Of a stretch of DNA of 64,000 nt, positions 19,482-30,770 are shown one piece after another. The stretch comes from Clostridiales bacterium. Its GTDB lineage: Bacteria > Bacillota > Clostridia > Christensenellales > UBA1242. How positions within the stretch are numbered: the first letter of the stretch is position 1; each line of letters starts with the position of its first letter. Under the pieces are notes generated by a model. The model had not been told where the DNA came from, did not search any database, and worked only from the letters and a program-made list of their open reading frames with translations. The translations under genes and the position numbers were made by a program. The DNA lies in the NCBI GenBank assembly GCA_015055815.1, contig SVHM01000002.1:172296-236295 (forward strand). The letters run 5' to 3'.

Positions 19482-22400
19482 TTATCCAATATCATAATTA
19501 CTTAAGTCTTTATCTGAAATTTTTGACTTCTTTACTTTTCTTGCTTTAACCACTTTTAAAGTAACAACCAAAACCCCCAATAGAACAATTCCAGCACCTA
19601 AAATTATAGTGTTTACAACAGCCTTATCCATTTTATCTTTGGTAATGAAGAACTCGCCATTTAGATTATTTGTTCTGAATACATAATAATCGCCTTCTTT
19701 TTTCATTGAAACTTCTACCCTTTCTCCATCTACTACTTGGTATAAACATGGATTTTTTATGTTCATGGCTTTTATTTTAACAGTATACACATAATCAACT
19801 TCATTGTTTACATTTTCAAACTTAAATGAAGACACAACATTCTTTTCTTCAACTGCTAAATTGCTTGCTGTAGCGACCATATTAAGAGCCTGAATAGAAC
19901 TATCAAATGTTCCTTCAACACACTCAATTATCGAATTTTCATTACTAATAGTCAATGCGTTTGCAATTTTTAAAATACCATTTGCTTCACCATCAAAATT
20001 ATTGTCTGTAACTTTTATTGTAAATTTGTATTCACCAACTTCTATTGGTTGCAAATTGTCTTCAAAAATATACATTACACTATCTTTATTTAGTCCACAA
20101 TTTTCATCAAAGTAAAATTCCGGCTCTTTCATCGTTCCATCATAAATAAATTCGTTTTCAGCTAATACAAAACTAATTTGCATTTTCTTTATCACTAGTC
20201 TTACAACAGAACTTCTTGATGGATTGTAGTTTTGATTACCTTCAAAAATTGCAACAACCGAATATGTCCCAACATTCACAGGACTTTCAACAACGCTTCC
20301 ATTTAAAGAATATTCATATTTAAGTTCAAATGGAAATTCCGAACTTAAACTTTGAACTTTACCATTATAAATTACAGTTTTACCTTCAAGAGTTGGTACG
20401 ATATCAGCTTTTACAATTTCATAACTACCAGTCGTCAAAGATGAAATATAATAATTTTGAAGGGGTTGCATATATGTTGAAATGCAGTACACACCAACAT
20501 CATTTCCGCCATCTCTAAATAATTTTAATTCTAGCGTATCATCATATTTAAGACCGTTTATAGAATATGTCATAGGAACACATTCTTCACCATATACTTG
20601 TTCTTTATCATCAATTATAATTTCAAGACCAGCCTTTAAGATTATCAATTTCCCTGAAGTAAAGTTAATATGATAATTAGAATTATTTAGAGTTCCTAGT
20701 GAAATAATATACTCACCCACATTTTCACCAATTTCTCTTTCAAGATTTCCAGTCAACAAATCTCCATCACATAAGTTTGACACAACATATTGTAAATTAT
20801 CTTCTTCGCCGTATGTTTTTGTAGTAGTTAATGCCGTTATATATAATTCTCTAGGTAATATAACATATTTACCGTTATTTACAATTAAATTATAATTTTG
20901 GCTAGATAGAGTACCTTGCGATATAACATACTCACCTACATTTTCACCGACTTCTCTTTCAATTTCGCCAGTAATTTGAGACTGGTCATAACTACCTTCA
21001 ATAGAATATGACAACTCAACAACTTCTGAATATCTAGTTTCAATATTATTAATATTTACTACTAAATCTTTTGGAAGTATAGTAAACTTAGATTTTGAAG
21101 CTAGAACTTTGTAATTTTCGTTATAATCATCTAACATTGAAATATCATAAGAGCCTACATTTTCACCAGCTACTCTTTCAAGATTTATACCAAGATTGTC
21201 TCCAGAAACAACTTCTCCCCTTAATATTTCATAAGAAAGAGTTGGGTCATTTTCGCCATAAATTTTTGATAAATTATTTATTCTTATTACTAATTGTCTA
21301 GGTTTAATTGAATAGAAATCTTCAACATATTTACATGAGTAATTATCACTTTCAAATGATACAAGATTAATCTTGTAAACACCTACATTCTCACCAAATT
21401 CTCTTGCAACAGAGTAGTTTACACTATCACCATCAAATACACCTTCAACAGAACACTTTATGTCTCCGTCTTCATATCGGTATATTTTATATTGACCAGC
21501 AAGTGCTGTTATCTTAATTTCTTTCTTTTCAATTTTTAAAACACCATTATACACACCGGTATAATTATTATTTAATAGTTTAATTTCAAATGGATAATTA
21601 CCAACAAGCATTGGTGTTCTTTCAAAAGTCACTTTATATTCAACATTATCTTCAACAGTAACTAAAATATTTTTAACGTCTTTTCCATATGTTTGTATTA
21701 AATTACTAGCAGTGATGCTTGCAAGTTTTTGTTTTATAGTAAGGTTAATATCTGAACTTTCAATTACATAATTTTTATTAAGAGATATAAACTCAACACG
21801 ATATGTACCCGCATTTTTAAAATCTATTTTATTTTCACCAATAAATGTATTTATATCATGCTCAATTTCTTCTGTTAAAGAATATTCAATTTCTTGCACT
21901 TCTTTATTGTATGTATAATCATTATTTAATATAGTAACATTTACAACTTTAGGAATAACCTTAACTACCCCTTGTCCATTTGCTACAACATAATTACTAT
22001 CAAGTGAAGTAAAAGTATAATTATAATCATCAACATCTATTAAAGTATCAATTTGCAAAGAAACATTTATGTCTTGCTCCAATTCATATTCAAATATAAT
22101 TTCGCTTCCAGTATATGTATATTGTGATACTATATTTATAATACTTATTGGTTTTGGAGAAATAACTATCTGACCGAATACATCTCCATCTAAAACAATA
22201 CTACCATCTAACGACACTATTTCATAGTCATATGTGCCAACATCTAATAAACTCTTTTCTTCTGAATTTTGAGTAATAGTTAATTGAATAAATGAGTTAT
22301 TTGTATAATCATTTCCACCTATTGAAGTAGCAACAAATAGTAAAGTATTTCCGTTTTCATCATAAATTAAATTCTTATCAACCACTTCAATTGTCACTTT

Positions 22401-25124
22401 TGCAACAATTATTTCAATTTCCCCAGTATAGTTTAATAGTTCATAGTTTACATCACTTGTAAAGAAAGTATATGTATACACCCCAACCGCAACTGGAGAT
22501 ACATCACTTCCATTTTGAGTAAACTTAAATTCTATATTTTTAAAATTAGTTGTTTCGCCATTCTCATTTTCAAAATGGAATACAAAATCTATCTCATCAC
22601 CAGTATATTCATAAATAACTCTATCTAAAACAATATTAACTTTAACAATTACAATTGAACAATTTCCTGTAGTATAAAACAAATCATAGTTAGTATCGCT
22701 TGTTGAAATTAAATACTCATAATCACCTGGTTCTTGGAATGAAGTTTCTACCCCACCCATTTTAAAAGTTATTGTCAAACCATTTACAAAATCAATCGGC
22801 AATAAATTTTCATCAACCATTCTAAAATTTAAGTTTTGTACTTGAGCAGTATAATCGTATTCATTTTGTAACAAATCAAAATACACAGAAACTCTTGAAA
22901 TAGAACACACACCTGTATTATTAGTAAAAATATAATTTTCTTCGTCTACTGGAAGAATTGTATATGCATAATCGCCACTATTTAAAAAGTCCACTGTACT
23001 ATCATTTTGAGTATAAACAACTACCCCATCAACACCATCTGACAAATATTCAATATTTTGTATACTTGCCGAATAACTAAATTCTGTATTTAAAATTTCG
23101 ATATCTATTGTACGCTTAAATATTTCACAAGTTAGCACACCGTTTGTAAATACATAATTTTCATTATTACTAACAAATTCTATAGAATAATTTCCAGCAT
23201 TTTTAAATTGTACCTCTGCGTCATTAATTACATATTTTATATCATAATCAAAAGTACCAAAAAAAGTATAATTTAAGTTCTGAACATTTCCGTTATAAAT
23301 CAAATTAGAATTATCACCAAATTCTATAGTTACTAATATTGGTTTGATTTTAATATACATAACACCAGAGCCTATATACTCATCATTATCTACCTTCCAT
23401 TCAACTACATAATCACCAATATTATAAAGACTAGACGGAGTACCATCTTTTGTTATAGTCATATTTAGTTCAGGGCTTTCACTTGTATTCAAAGTATAAC
23501 TAGGTTCAACAAATTTACTTTCTTCAAAAGTATATTCATCTTCATAACTTTCAATATTTAATCTAAATCTATTTTTTATTTCAAGAGACATATCTCTATT
23601 GCAAGTATAATAATGCCCCGAATTACTTTTTGAGCCTTCTTCTTTGCCAAAGTTATATAGTTTATAAAACTCATAACCACTATCAGGTAGATAATTAATT
23701 GTTACCAAATCACCATACCAAGCATGATAACTATCTTCCCCTTCACCTATGGTTGCACCTAAAATTTCAAAAGAGCCATGGATAGCAGTAACATCAACTT
23801 TGTATCTAGTATCATCCATTCTAAACTCTTTAACTATCATATCGTCTTCGCTAGTAACATGCCCCGCTTCGTCCATAAGAAGAGCTTTTAAAACGTAGTT
23901 AGCATTTGGCTTATCATAAAACTCTAAAATATTTACACCCTTATTTAAAATGCTTGAACTAGTAGTAGGCGTCGTACCATCTAAAGTATAATAAACTGTT
24001 TCTTGGCTTGGCCCTTTTTCTTCATAGTCAACATTTACTTCTATTGTCCTTGTATGAGAACCTACAGGCATAGTAATTTTAAGTTTACTTACGTTATCTT
24101 TATCTATTTTAATTTCCGACTGTGGAATAGTTTGTGTATATACATTACCTACATTATCAACAACTTCAATGGTAAAAATGCCTATTTTATCAATTGTATA
24201 TGCGTAACATTCTTTGCCGTCACCATCAGTTGTCTTGGTTGCATTATTACCATTAACTTTTACACTCTGAAGTCCCGATTGATTATCACTTGCATAGATA
24301 TATACTTTTTTGTTTTCAGAACTCCATTCAGTATTATCTAGTTTCCACGAAACCACTGGAGACGAAACGTCTGAAGATGAAATAGTTAAAGTAGGACAGT
24401 TTACATAAATTCCGTTATCTCCAGATTTTTGATATTCATTATAAAACACAGCCAAAAAACCATTAGATGAAAAACTATTCCCCGTACCAGTATAGCCAGA
24501 AACGCCTTTATCTTGACCCATAGTTATAGAAAGCAATTCATAGTTATCACTATCTGCCACTTCAGAAGATGAATATGTTTTAGAAACACTACTCAAATAA
24601 TCTAGATTTTCGTTATTAATAGTTCCGTTCTGTATTGCAAGATAACTTTTATGGTTTTTTCTTTTTACATTTGACGAAAAGTTAACTAACAAATATCCAT
24701 TTTTTGCAGCATTCATTAAATTATCGCCCAATTTAAATGCAGTTGTAATTCTTGGGTTGTTTTTAAACCAACCGGACATTGTGGTCGTTCCTTCAATAAA
24801 TATTGTATTACCACTATCTTGAATTTTATAATTACCTGTAATAGTAGATACTTCCGAATCTCCCTTTGGTCTTGTCAACGATACAGAAAACTTGTCAGTT
24901 AGATTATTTCCACCATACATATTTACAACTTCTTTTCTTTCGCTTGCAGTTACGGTAGACAAAGAAGAATATACTGGATAATCTGCATTTTGCACAGAAT
25001 AATGCTTAATGATATTAGCATCATCAGTACCAGCAGAAACAGAAATACTTGAAGTGCTTGTTGTCATTAAACACAATGCACTAGCAATTGATGCTAAAGT
25101 TAAAACAAATTTTTTTCCTTTCAT
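19482..25124 (-). CDS. giant surface protein (1880 aa): signal peptide, Ig-like/InlB-B-repeat-like modules, many MBG (YGX-type) repeats, C-terminal TM anchor
   Basis: N-terminal signal MKGKKFVLTLASIASALCLM. Recurrent K.YGE.D..L.Y...G....D.L.G.L.RE.GENVG.Y.I.....NYN. units. C-terminal hydrophobic helix plus KARKVKKSK tail. ATGA overlap with the upstream gene. Confidence 0.85.
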   Translation of the reverse strand: MKGKKFVLTLASIASALCLMTTSTSSISVSAGTDDANIIKHYSVQNADYPVYSSLSTVTASERKEVVNMYGGNNLTDKFSVSLTRPKGDSEVSTITGNYKIQDSGNTIFIEGTTTMSGWFKNNPRITTAFKLGDNLMNAAKNGYLLVNFSSNVKRKNHKSYLAIQNGTINNENLDYLSSVSKTYSSSEVADSDNYELLSITMGQDKGVSGYTGTGNSFSSNGFLAVFYNEYQKSGDNGIYVNCPTLTISSSDVSSPVVSWKLDNTEWSSENKKVYIYASDNQSGLQSVKVNGNNATKTTDGDGKECYAYTIDKIGIFTIEVVDNVGNVYTQTIPQSEIKIDKDNVSKLKITMPVGSHTRTIEVNVDYEEKGPSQETVYYTLDGTTPTTSSSILNKGVNILEFYDKPNANYVLKALLMDEAGHVTSEDDMIVKEFRMDDTRYKVDVTAIHGSFEILGATIGEGEDSYHAWYGDLVTINYLPDSGYEFYKLYNFGKEEGSKSNSGHYYTCNRDMSLEIKNRFRLNIESYEDEYTFEESKFVEPSYTLNTSESPELNMTITKDGTPSSLYNIGDYVVEWKVDNDEYIGSGVMYIKIKPILVTIEFGDNSNLIYNGNVQNLNYTFFGTFDYDIKYVINDAEVQFKNAGNYSIEFVSNNENYVFTNGVLTCEIFKRTIDIEILNTEFSYSASIQNIEYLSDGVDGVVVYTQNDSTVDFLNSGDYAYTILPVDEENYIFTNNTGVCSISRVSVYFDLLQNEYDYTAQVQNLNFRMVDENLLPIDFVNGLTITFKMGGVETSFQEPGDYEYLISTSDTNYDLFYTTGNCSIVIVKVNIVLDRVIYEYTGDEIDFVFHFENENGETTNFKNIEFKFTQNGSDVSPVAVGVYTYTFFTSDVNYELLNYTGEIEIIVAKVTIEVVDKNLIYDENGNTLLFVATSIGGNDYTNNSFIQLTITQNSEEKSLLDVGTYDYEIVSLDGSIVLDGDVFGQIVISPKPISIINIVSQYTYTGSEIIFEYELEQDINVSLQIDTLIDVDDYNYTFTSLDSNYVVANGQGVVKVIPKVVNVTILNNDYTYNKEVQEIEYSLTEEIEHDINTFIGENKIDFKNAGTYRVEFISLNKNYVIESSDINLTIKQKLASITASNLIQTYGKDVKNILVTVEDNVEYKVTFERTPMLVGNYPFEIKLLNNNYTGVYNGVLKIEKKEIKITALAGQYKIYRYEDGDIKCSVEGVFDGDSVNYSVAREFGENVGVYKINLVSFESDNYSCKYVEDFYSIKPRQLVIRINNLSKIYGENDPTLSYEILRGEVVSGDNLGINLERVAGENVGSYDISMLDDYNENYKVLASKSKFTILPKDLVVNINNIETRYSEVVELSYSIEGSYDQSQITGEIEREVGENVGEYVISQGTLSSQNYNLIVNNGKYVILPRELYITALTTTKTYGEEDNLQYVVSNLCDGDLLTGNLEREIGENVGEYIISLGTLNNSNYHINFTSGKLIILKAGLEIIIDDKEQVYGEECVPMTYSINGLKYDDTLELKLFRDGGNDVGVYCISTYMQPLQNYYISSLTTGSYEIVKADIVPTLEGKTVIYNGKVQSLSSEFPFELKYEYSLNGSVVESPVNVGTYSVVAIFEGNQNYNPSRSSVVRLVIKKMQISFVLAENEFIYDGTMKEPEFYFDENCGLNKDSVMYIFEDNLQPIEVGEYKFTIKVTDNNFDGEANGILKIANALTISNENSIIECVEGTFDSSIQALNMVATASNLAVEEKNVVSSFKFENVNNEVDYVYTVKIKAMNIKNPCLYQVVDGERVEVSMKKEGDYYVFRTNNLNGEFFITKDKMDKAVVNTIILGAGIVLLGVLVVTLKVVKARKVKKSKISDKDLSNYDIG

Positions 25125-28100
25125 TCTTCTTCTCTCCTTTTGTAAATTTGTACACTTTGCGTAGATACAGTTTGTACACTACTTGTATCTATTAACAATG
25201 CCGAATTAATACCTTCAGCATACGTATCTCCATTTGAATGTTCTACAACAATATCTGGAACACTTTCTCCTTCATTATAAATTCTAAATACATATGGGAA
25301 ACTTGCATTTGTAGGAACTGACTGACCCATTGACGAAACTGTGTACGACTCATCTATTTTAAGCCCCAACAAATCTCCCGCTTTAGAAACTGTATAGGTA
25401 AGATTAATACTTTGGAAACTATCTAAATCTTGTTCAGGAACCATGAATTTCATTTGTCGCTTATAATCTTTATATGTTTCTTCATTTGCATGATCAAGTT
25501 TAAATGTAAATGTAAAACTATCTCCGTTATCGGCTATGTTTTCAACTGATGAGATTGTATTACCCGCATATTCAGTTGCGCCTTTCTTTTTGTCTACACT
25601 ATTTAAAACCATCACATATGGATAAAAACCATCGGGGTTAGTTCCAAATTGTGTAAAATAATTTTCTTTTGAAATATCTGTCCAACTTAAAGATGAATAA
25701 TCGGCAGTTCTATTTGACTTCACCACATCACCAGATGCTCTCATATATTGAAGTTCGCCATTCTTTTCATCATAATATGCAAGGAATGCAACTCTTGGGT
25801 CGACTGTTATTAAACCTGCAATATCAATCTTTTTTCCATAATTTAAGTTTTGAATTATCCTTCTACCCAAACTATCTTTCTTATAAATTATCCTTGTTTG
25901 TTGCGCATCTGCAAATTTAGTAGGAACAACTGCTCCATCAACATATACTTGATAAGCATAAGCTTTTGATAACTTTTCATATCCTAACATTGTTAAGTAA
26001 TATAGATAATGAATATTTTCAATTTGATTATCTATATTTTTAATCATCGCAGTATTTACAGTTCCAATATTATATTCAAAAAGCACACTATCATTTTCAA
26101 GACTTGCTTTGATATTAACATCTCCACTCAAACCATCAATTGTATAACTTCCATTGTTATCAGAAATAGCTTTCTTTCCACCAGCAGAAATTATCGCCCC
26201 AGAAACAACTAAACCACCTTTTGTAGTTACGGTACCCGAAACTGAATAAACTTCTTTTACTGTAACCATTCTAGTTTCATTACAAATAATACTTCCAACA
26301 TTATCTTCTATGAAGGTATATCCCAACTTATTGTATGTTATAACCGTTTCACCCGAACAATTTTCTATTGTTACCACTTCTTGCGAATAAGTTTTATATA
26401 CATTATTTACCCCAACTCTAACATTGTTATAATCTCCACCTTGGAATTTTATCACAATAGAATATGTCATATTTACATTTAAACTATTCGAATAACCAGT
26501 AATATTTTTTACTTCAGCATTATCATACCCATCAGCCAAAATTGTTAAAGACACAACTCTATCAAGTCCAGATAATGTATAACAACCATTACTATCAGTA
26601 AGAACTTCTACACCAGTTGAAGATATTACCCTAGCCCCTGCAATTTTTATATTACCAGTTGCAACAACCCCACTTATCGAATAAGTAGCTTCAACGTTTA
26701 AATTAGCATTTGTGTTAACAAAAATTTCTTCACCAAAATCGTAACCAACTTTACTAAATTCGACATATCCTTCTTCGGTAACATTAACTAGTTCAAAGTA
26801 ACCAGAATTATTCGTTCTACTAGAAACATCTCCCAATGACACGTCTACACCCGAAACAGGAATACCATCAAGTATTACATAACCCTTTACCGTAAACATT
26901 GCTGAAACATAAATTTCTTCTGCTTTATTTATTGTAATATCATTAAACTCAAAGTTTTCTTTTGAAATAGTTAAAAGGCACTCACCACTCAAACCCGAAA
27001 TTTCAAACTCTCCAAGATCATCTGTAATAACAGTTTTGTCTCCTACCGTTATTACCGCACCTGCTAGACCACTACCAGCACTAACAACCCTTCCTGAAAT
27101 TGTATAAGTTGTTGAAATGTTTATTTCTTCAACGTATAAACCAAATGTATACTCACCCAAGTCATAACCGTCTTTTGAAAGAATATACTTATCTCCAGCA
27201 TATACCTTTTCCAATAAGCCTTCACCCATCTCATTTGTAAATAGTTCATAACTACCGTATTTAATTTTTACACCTGAAAGGTAAATACTTCCCGTTTTAA
27301 CAATAATCTTAGTTGAGTAATATCCGTTAAAATCTACTTGAGAATATTCACATACTTTGACATCTTCCCCAAAGACATAGCCATTTAAACTAACAGATAT
27401 TTGAGCTTCACCCGTCAAACCAGAAATCTCATATGCCCCATTAACTGTTTGACAAGTTTTTCCTTGAGCAGAAACAACCACACCATCAAGAGAAACACTA
27501 CCGCTAGTAACCTTACCAACAACCTTATACGAACAAGTAAAGTTTACATCATAATTTAAATCAAAAGTTTCATCAACTTGTAAATTATTATTGTCAAACA
27601 CATACCCATTTTTGCTAAGAAGTACAACACATGGTTTTGTAATCAAGTCAAACACATACTTTCCATCTTCATCAGTAATCGCTTCATTATCTCCCGCTTT
27701 CACAACTACATCAGCAACAGGTATTCCCCCAGAAGTAACAACACCACCAAACGAATAACCATTATCAGCAAAGTTGTAAACTCCACCTTTATCAATAGTG
27801 TAAGAAGATGGCTTTAGTACTATATCAGTATTCTCATCATATACAACAATATATTCGCCACTCAAGTTTTCAAAAATGTAACATCCGTTATTATCTGTAT
27901 ATGCCACACTTTCTTCACCAGTATCAAGCGATATTAAAATTATTTTAAAATTAGTTAAATTTCCATCAGCCGTTTCAACTTTTCCAGTAATACTATATGT
28001 TCCATAAGTAGTAATTTCCGAGTTAGAAGAAACTGTCACACTGTTAATAGCAAAATAGTCTTTTTCAAAAGAAAGTTCAACTTCACCAGAAAGTCCAACC

Positions 28101-29851
28101 AATTCAAATTTACCGTTTCTATCAGTTAAGCACCAAATATTTCCACTAGAAACTTTAACACCAGCAACTGAATAATCTCCACATAAAACTTGACCCTTTA
28201 CAGAATAAGTCATATTGACATTTATATCACAATTATTTACATCATAATCTAAAACGCAATCATCATAACCTTCACACTTAACAGTCATTTCTCCATCAAG
28301 ATACAAATCTTCTAGCGTTAAAATTCCCATTGTATCAACTGGATAGGTAACTTCACCAATTATCACTTCTGCATTTGGTAAAATTATATCACCACTTTTC
28401 ACAGTTACACTCAAATTGAAGATTTTATTAGGCTCAATATCAAAATTACAACTTCTAAAATTGCAACTCAAACTTTCAAAAACATATCCATCTTTTCGAA
28501 GTTCAATATCCATATCACCATGTAAATTTTGTAAAGTTATTGCTCCACCTACAACATATTCTTGTCCACCAATATTAGCATTAACTTCAAGACGATTACC
28601 AGCATAACAAACATTTAATGTTAAATCATACAATTTTTCTAGTTCTACAAATAAATCATCACTACTTAAAAGTGTAACTTGCGGAGTTTTTACATAATAA
28701 CCAGCATATTCAAATCCCAATGTCTCACCAAGTTTACAATTATCTACCATAAACTCTGACCTTGTGCAATTTATAACTTCTTCACCATGAGTAATGTTTA
28801 ATCTTTTGCTTCCATCGTCGCAGACAAACGAACCATTTAAATCAAAAACACCATCAATAATTGCATTTCCACTATCACTAACAACTAATTTATCAAATTC
28901 AAACTTGCCATTTACAAAAGTCAATTCGTTATTACCATGCAACTTTTCAAGTTTATAATCATTTCCAACTGCAACAAAGTTACTATTTCCATTTACACAA
29001 ATAGCAGTTCCATTAATAGGAATACTTCCACTAACAAAAGACAATTGGTATGAATAATACTTTTCACAATTAAACTCAATCTTTTGTCCTTCTTGAGATA
29101 TTTTAATAGCATTACCGTTTATAAAATAATTATCACTAGCAAGGGTTAACACATCACCACAATAAACATTAGCCACTTCAAATGTTAAATCATCATTAAT
29201 AATAATCGACTTATCATTCAATTTTAATGCAAAATCACTAGCACTTGCTTTTTTATCTGTAACAACTTTACCCGTAATAGTAGTAGTTCCAGACACAACC
29301 AAATCATCATTAGTAATATCAAAAGTTTGCCCGAAAAATTCAGTAGTTTCACTAATAACTTCAATAGAAACTTGACCAGCAAGAGTTGGAAGATAAAACT
29401 CACCAAAATCGTTCGTAGTAGTTGTAAACGTTCCCGCTTTGCTTGAAACACGAATAGTAGCATTTGCAATCAAATTACCGTTATTTTCAACTATACCATG
29501 CTTATCAAAAATTTTGTAACCATTAAAGTCAATCTGTTTATTATCAAAGTTGGCAAATTGAATATTGTTCTCAATTAAGTATCCGTCTTTTACTGCAGAA
29601 ACTGACGACACATCTGTAAGACCATTTACGACATAATATCCTTTGCTATCGGTAGTAGCAGTACCAACATCACAAGAAATTGTTGCACCTTCCAAAGGCA
29701 AGCCATCGGCATAAACGTAACCAGAAAAAGAATATGTTTCAACTTCTTTAGGAGTTAGAAACACAGCCTTCACATAAAACAAAACCCCAACTAATAACAA
29801 AATTGGAATTAAAATACTCAAAGAAATTTTTAACGCTTTTTTCTTTTTCAT
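25121..29851 (-). CDS. giant secreted/anchored protein (about 1576 aa) with more than 12 CarboxypepD_reg-like beta-sandwich repeats and an unassigned 450-aa C-terminal domain
   Basis: Repeats of the type Y.I.GKV...G.P..GV.V......T...G.Y.L..L.GE..L...K.GY.F. The track ORF starts at 29899, but the Met at 29851 (MKKKKALKISLSILIPILLL) gives a signal/anchor and has a GAAGGA RBS. Confidence 0.8.
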   Translation of the reverse strand: MKKKKALKISLSILIPILLLVGVLFYVKAVFLTPKEVETYSFSGYVYADGLPLEGATISCDVGTATTDSKGYYVVNGLTDVSSVSAVKDGYLIENNIQFANFDNKQIDFNGYKIFDKHGIVENNGNLIANATIRVSSKAGTFTTTTNDFGEFYLPTLAGQVSIEVISETTEFFGQTFDITNDDLVVSGTTTITGKVVTDKKASASDFALKLNDKSIIINDDLTFEVANVYCGDVLTLASDNYFINGNAIKISQEGQKIEFNCEKYYSYQLSFVSGSIPINGTAICVNGNSNFVAVGNDYKLEKLHGNNELTFVNGKFEFDKLVVSDSGNAIIDGVFDLNGSFVCDDGSKRLNITHGEEVINCTRSEFMVDNCKLGETLGFEYAGYYVKTPQVTLLSSDDLFVELEKLYDLTLNVCYAGNRLEVNANIGGQEYVVGGAITLQNLHGDMDIELRKDGYVFESLSCNFRSCNFDIEPNKIFNLSVTVKSGDIILPNAEVIIGEVTYPVDTMGILTLEDLYLDGEMTVKCEGYDDCVLDYDVNNCDINVNMTYSVKGQVLCGDYSVAGVKVSSGNIWCLTDRNGKFELVGLSGEVELSFEKDYFAINSVTVSSNSEITTYGTYSITGKVETADGNLTNFKIILISLDTGEESVAYTDNNGCYIFENLSGEYIVVYDENTDIVLKPSSYTIDKGGVYNFADNGYSFGGVVTSGGIPVADVVVKAGDNEAITDEDGKYVFDLITKPCVVLLSKNGYVFDNNNLQVDETFDLNYDVNFTCSYKVVGKVTSGSVSLDGVVVSAQGKTCQTVNGAYEISGLTGEAQISVSLNGYVFGEDVKVCEYSQVDFNGYYSTKIIVKTGSIYLSGVKIKYGSYELFTNEMGEGLLEKVYAGDKYILSKDGYDLGEYTFGLYVEEINISTTYTISGRVVSAGSGLAGAVITVGDKTVITDDLGEFEISGLSGECLLTISKENFEFNDITINKAEEIYVSAMFTVKGYVILDGIPVSGVDVSLGDVSSRTNNSGYFELVNVTEEGYVEFSKVGYDFGEEIFVNTNANLNVEATYSISGVVATGNIKIAGARVISSTGVEVLTDSNGCYTLSGLDRVVSLTILADGYDNAEVKNITGYSNSLNVNMTYSIVIKFQGGDYNNVRVGVNNVYKTYSQEVVTIENCSGETVITYNKLGYTFIEDNVGSIICNETRMVTVKEVYSVSGTVTTKGGLVVSGAIISAGGKKAISDNNGSYTIDGLSGDVNIKASLENDSVLFEYNIGTVNTAMIKNIDNQIENIHYLYYLTMLGYEKLSKAYAYQVYVDGAVVPTKFADAQQTRIIYKKDSLGRRIIQNLNYGKKIDIAGLITVDPRVAFLAYYDEKNGELQYMRASGDVVKSNRTADYSSLSWTDISKENYFTQFGTNPDGFYPYVMVLNSVDKKKGATEYAGNTISSVENIADNGDSFTFTFKLDHANEETYKDYKRQMKFMVPEQDLDSFQSINLTYTVSKAGDLLGLKIDESYTVSSMGQSVPTNASFPYVFRIYNEGESVPDIVVEHSNGDTYAEGINSALLIDTSSVQTVSTQSVQIYKRREEE

Positions 29852-30046
29852 ATGGACGTCCTTCAATTTATATATAAATTGTACTACATATTTCGACATT
29901 TTTCAATCTCTATTTTAAGAACAGTTTAGTAGAGCCCACTTCTACAAAAATGACACCATTCTCACAACTCTCATCTTTGTAGAATTTTGTAATTTTTTAT
30001 TTTCAAAAGTCTTGCAATATTAAAAAAAATAGTATAAAATATAATT

Positions 30047-30631
30047 ATGGAAGATATTAAAAAAATAATCGCTAACAACATTAGCAATCTAAGAAAAGAA
30101 AACAAATTAACACAATTAGAACTTGCTGAAAAGGTTAATTATTCAGACAAAGCAGTGTCTAGATGGGAAAGGGGTGAAACATTACCAGACATAGACATAC
30201 TTTTGAAATTGTGCGAACTGTTTAACGTTAAATTTGAATATTTAATTTCAGAAAATCCAACAACCACAATGAAATCAAAGCCAACAAGAGCAGAACTTGG
30301 CAACAAATTAACCATTACCCTACTTGGCGTATCACTTGTGTGGTTTTTGGCAACATTTATTTATGTATATTCGGGAATAATTTTTGACACAAGTGCATGG
30401 AAGATATTTATATGGGCAATTCCCGCTACATTTTTTGTTGCTGAAGTATTTAATTTTTTCTGGGGAAACAGAAAAGTTGGTGTACTTTTAAATAGCGGGC
30501 TTGCATGGACACTACTTACCGCAATATACATCCAATACCTATCTTATAACATGTGGTTAATATTCTTACTAGGCATCCCAATTCAAGTATCGTTAATACT
30601 TTGGGGAAACCTAAGACCAAAGAAAAAATAA
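30047..30631 (+). CDS. XRE-family HTH regulator fused to a 4-helix membrane domain
   Basis: N-terminal LRKENKLTQLELAEKVNYSDKAVSRWERGETLPDID HTH. The C-terminal half is hydrophobic. No SD upstream. Confidence 0.85.
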   Translation: MEDIKKIIANNISNLRKENKLTQLELAEKVNYSDKAVSRWERGETLPDIDILLKLCELFNVKFEYLISENPTTTMKSKPTRAELGNKLTITLLGVSLVWFLATFIYVYSGIIFDTSAWKIFIWAIPATFFVAEVFNFFWGNRKVGVLLNSGLAWTLLTAIYIQYLSYNMWLIFLLGIPIQVSLILWGNLRPKKK

Positions 30632-30639
30632 AAAAACAA

Positions 30640-30705
30640 AAACACTATATCTGAATAACTCTTATCACACTTAAAAAAATCAGATATAGTGTTTAATATT
30701 TTATT
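30640..30705 (+). terminator. long-stem terminator after the XRE gene
   Basis: 15-bp arms AAACACTATATCTGA / TCAGATATAGTGTTT (25-nt loop), followed by a T-rich tract. Confidence 0.55.
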
Positions 30706-30722
30706 ATAATACAATATACCAC

Positions 30723-30751
30723 TTGACAAACACCAATATATTATATAAAAT
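30723..30751 (+). promoter_or_regulatory. sigma-A-type promoter for tRNA-Thr(GGU)
   Basis: TTGACA (30723-30728), 17-nt spacer, TAAAAT (30746-30751), about 20 nt upstream of the tRNA. Confidence 0.5.
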
Positions 30752-30770
30752 AGCAAAGTATATATTACAC

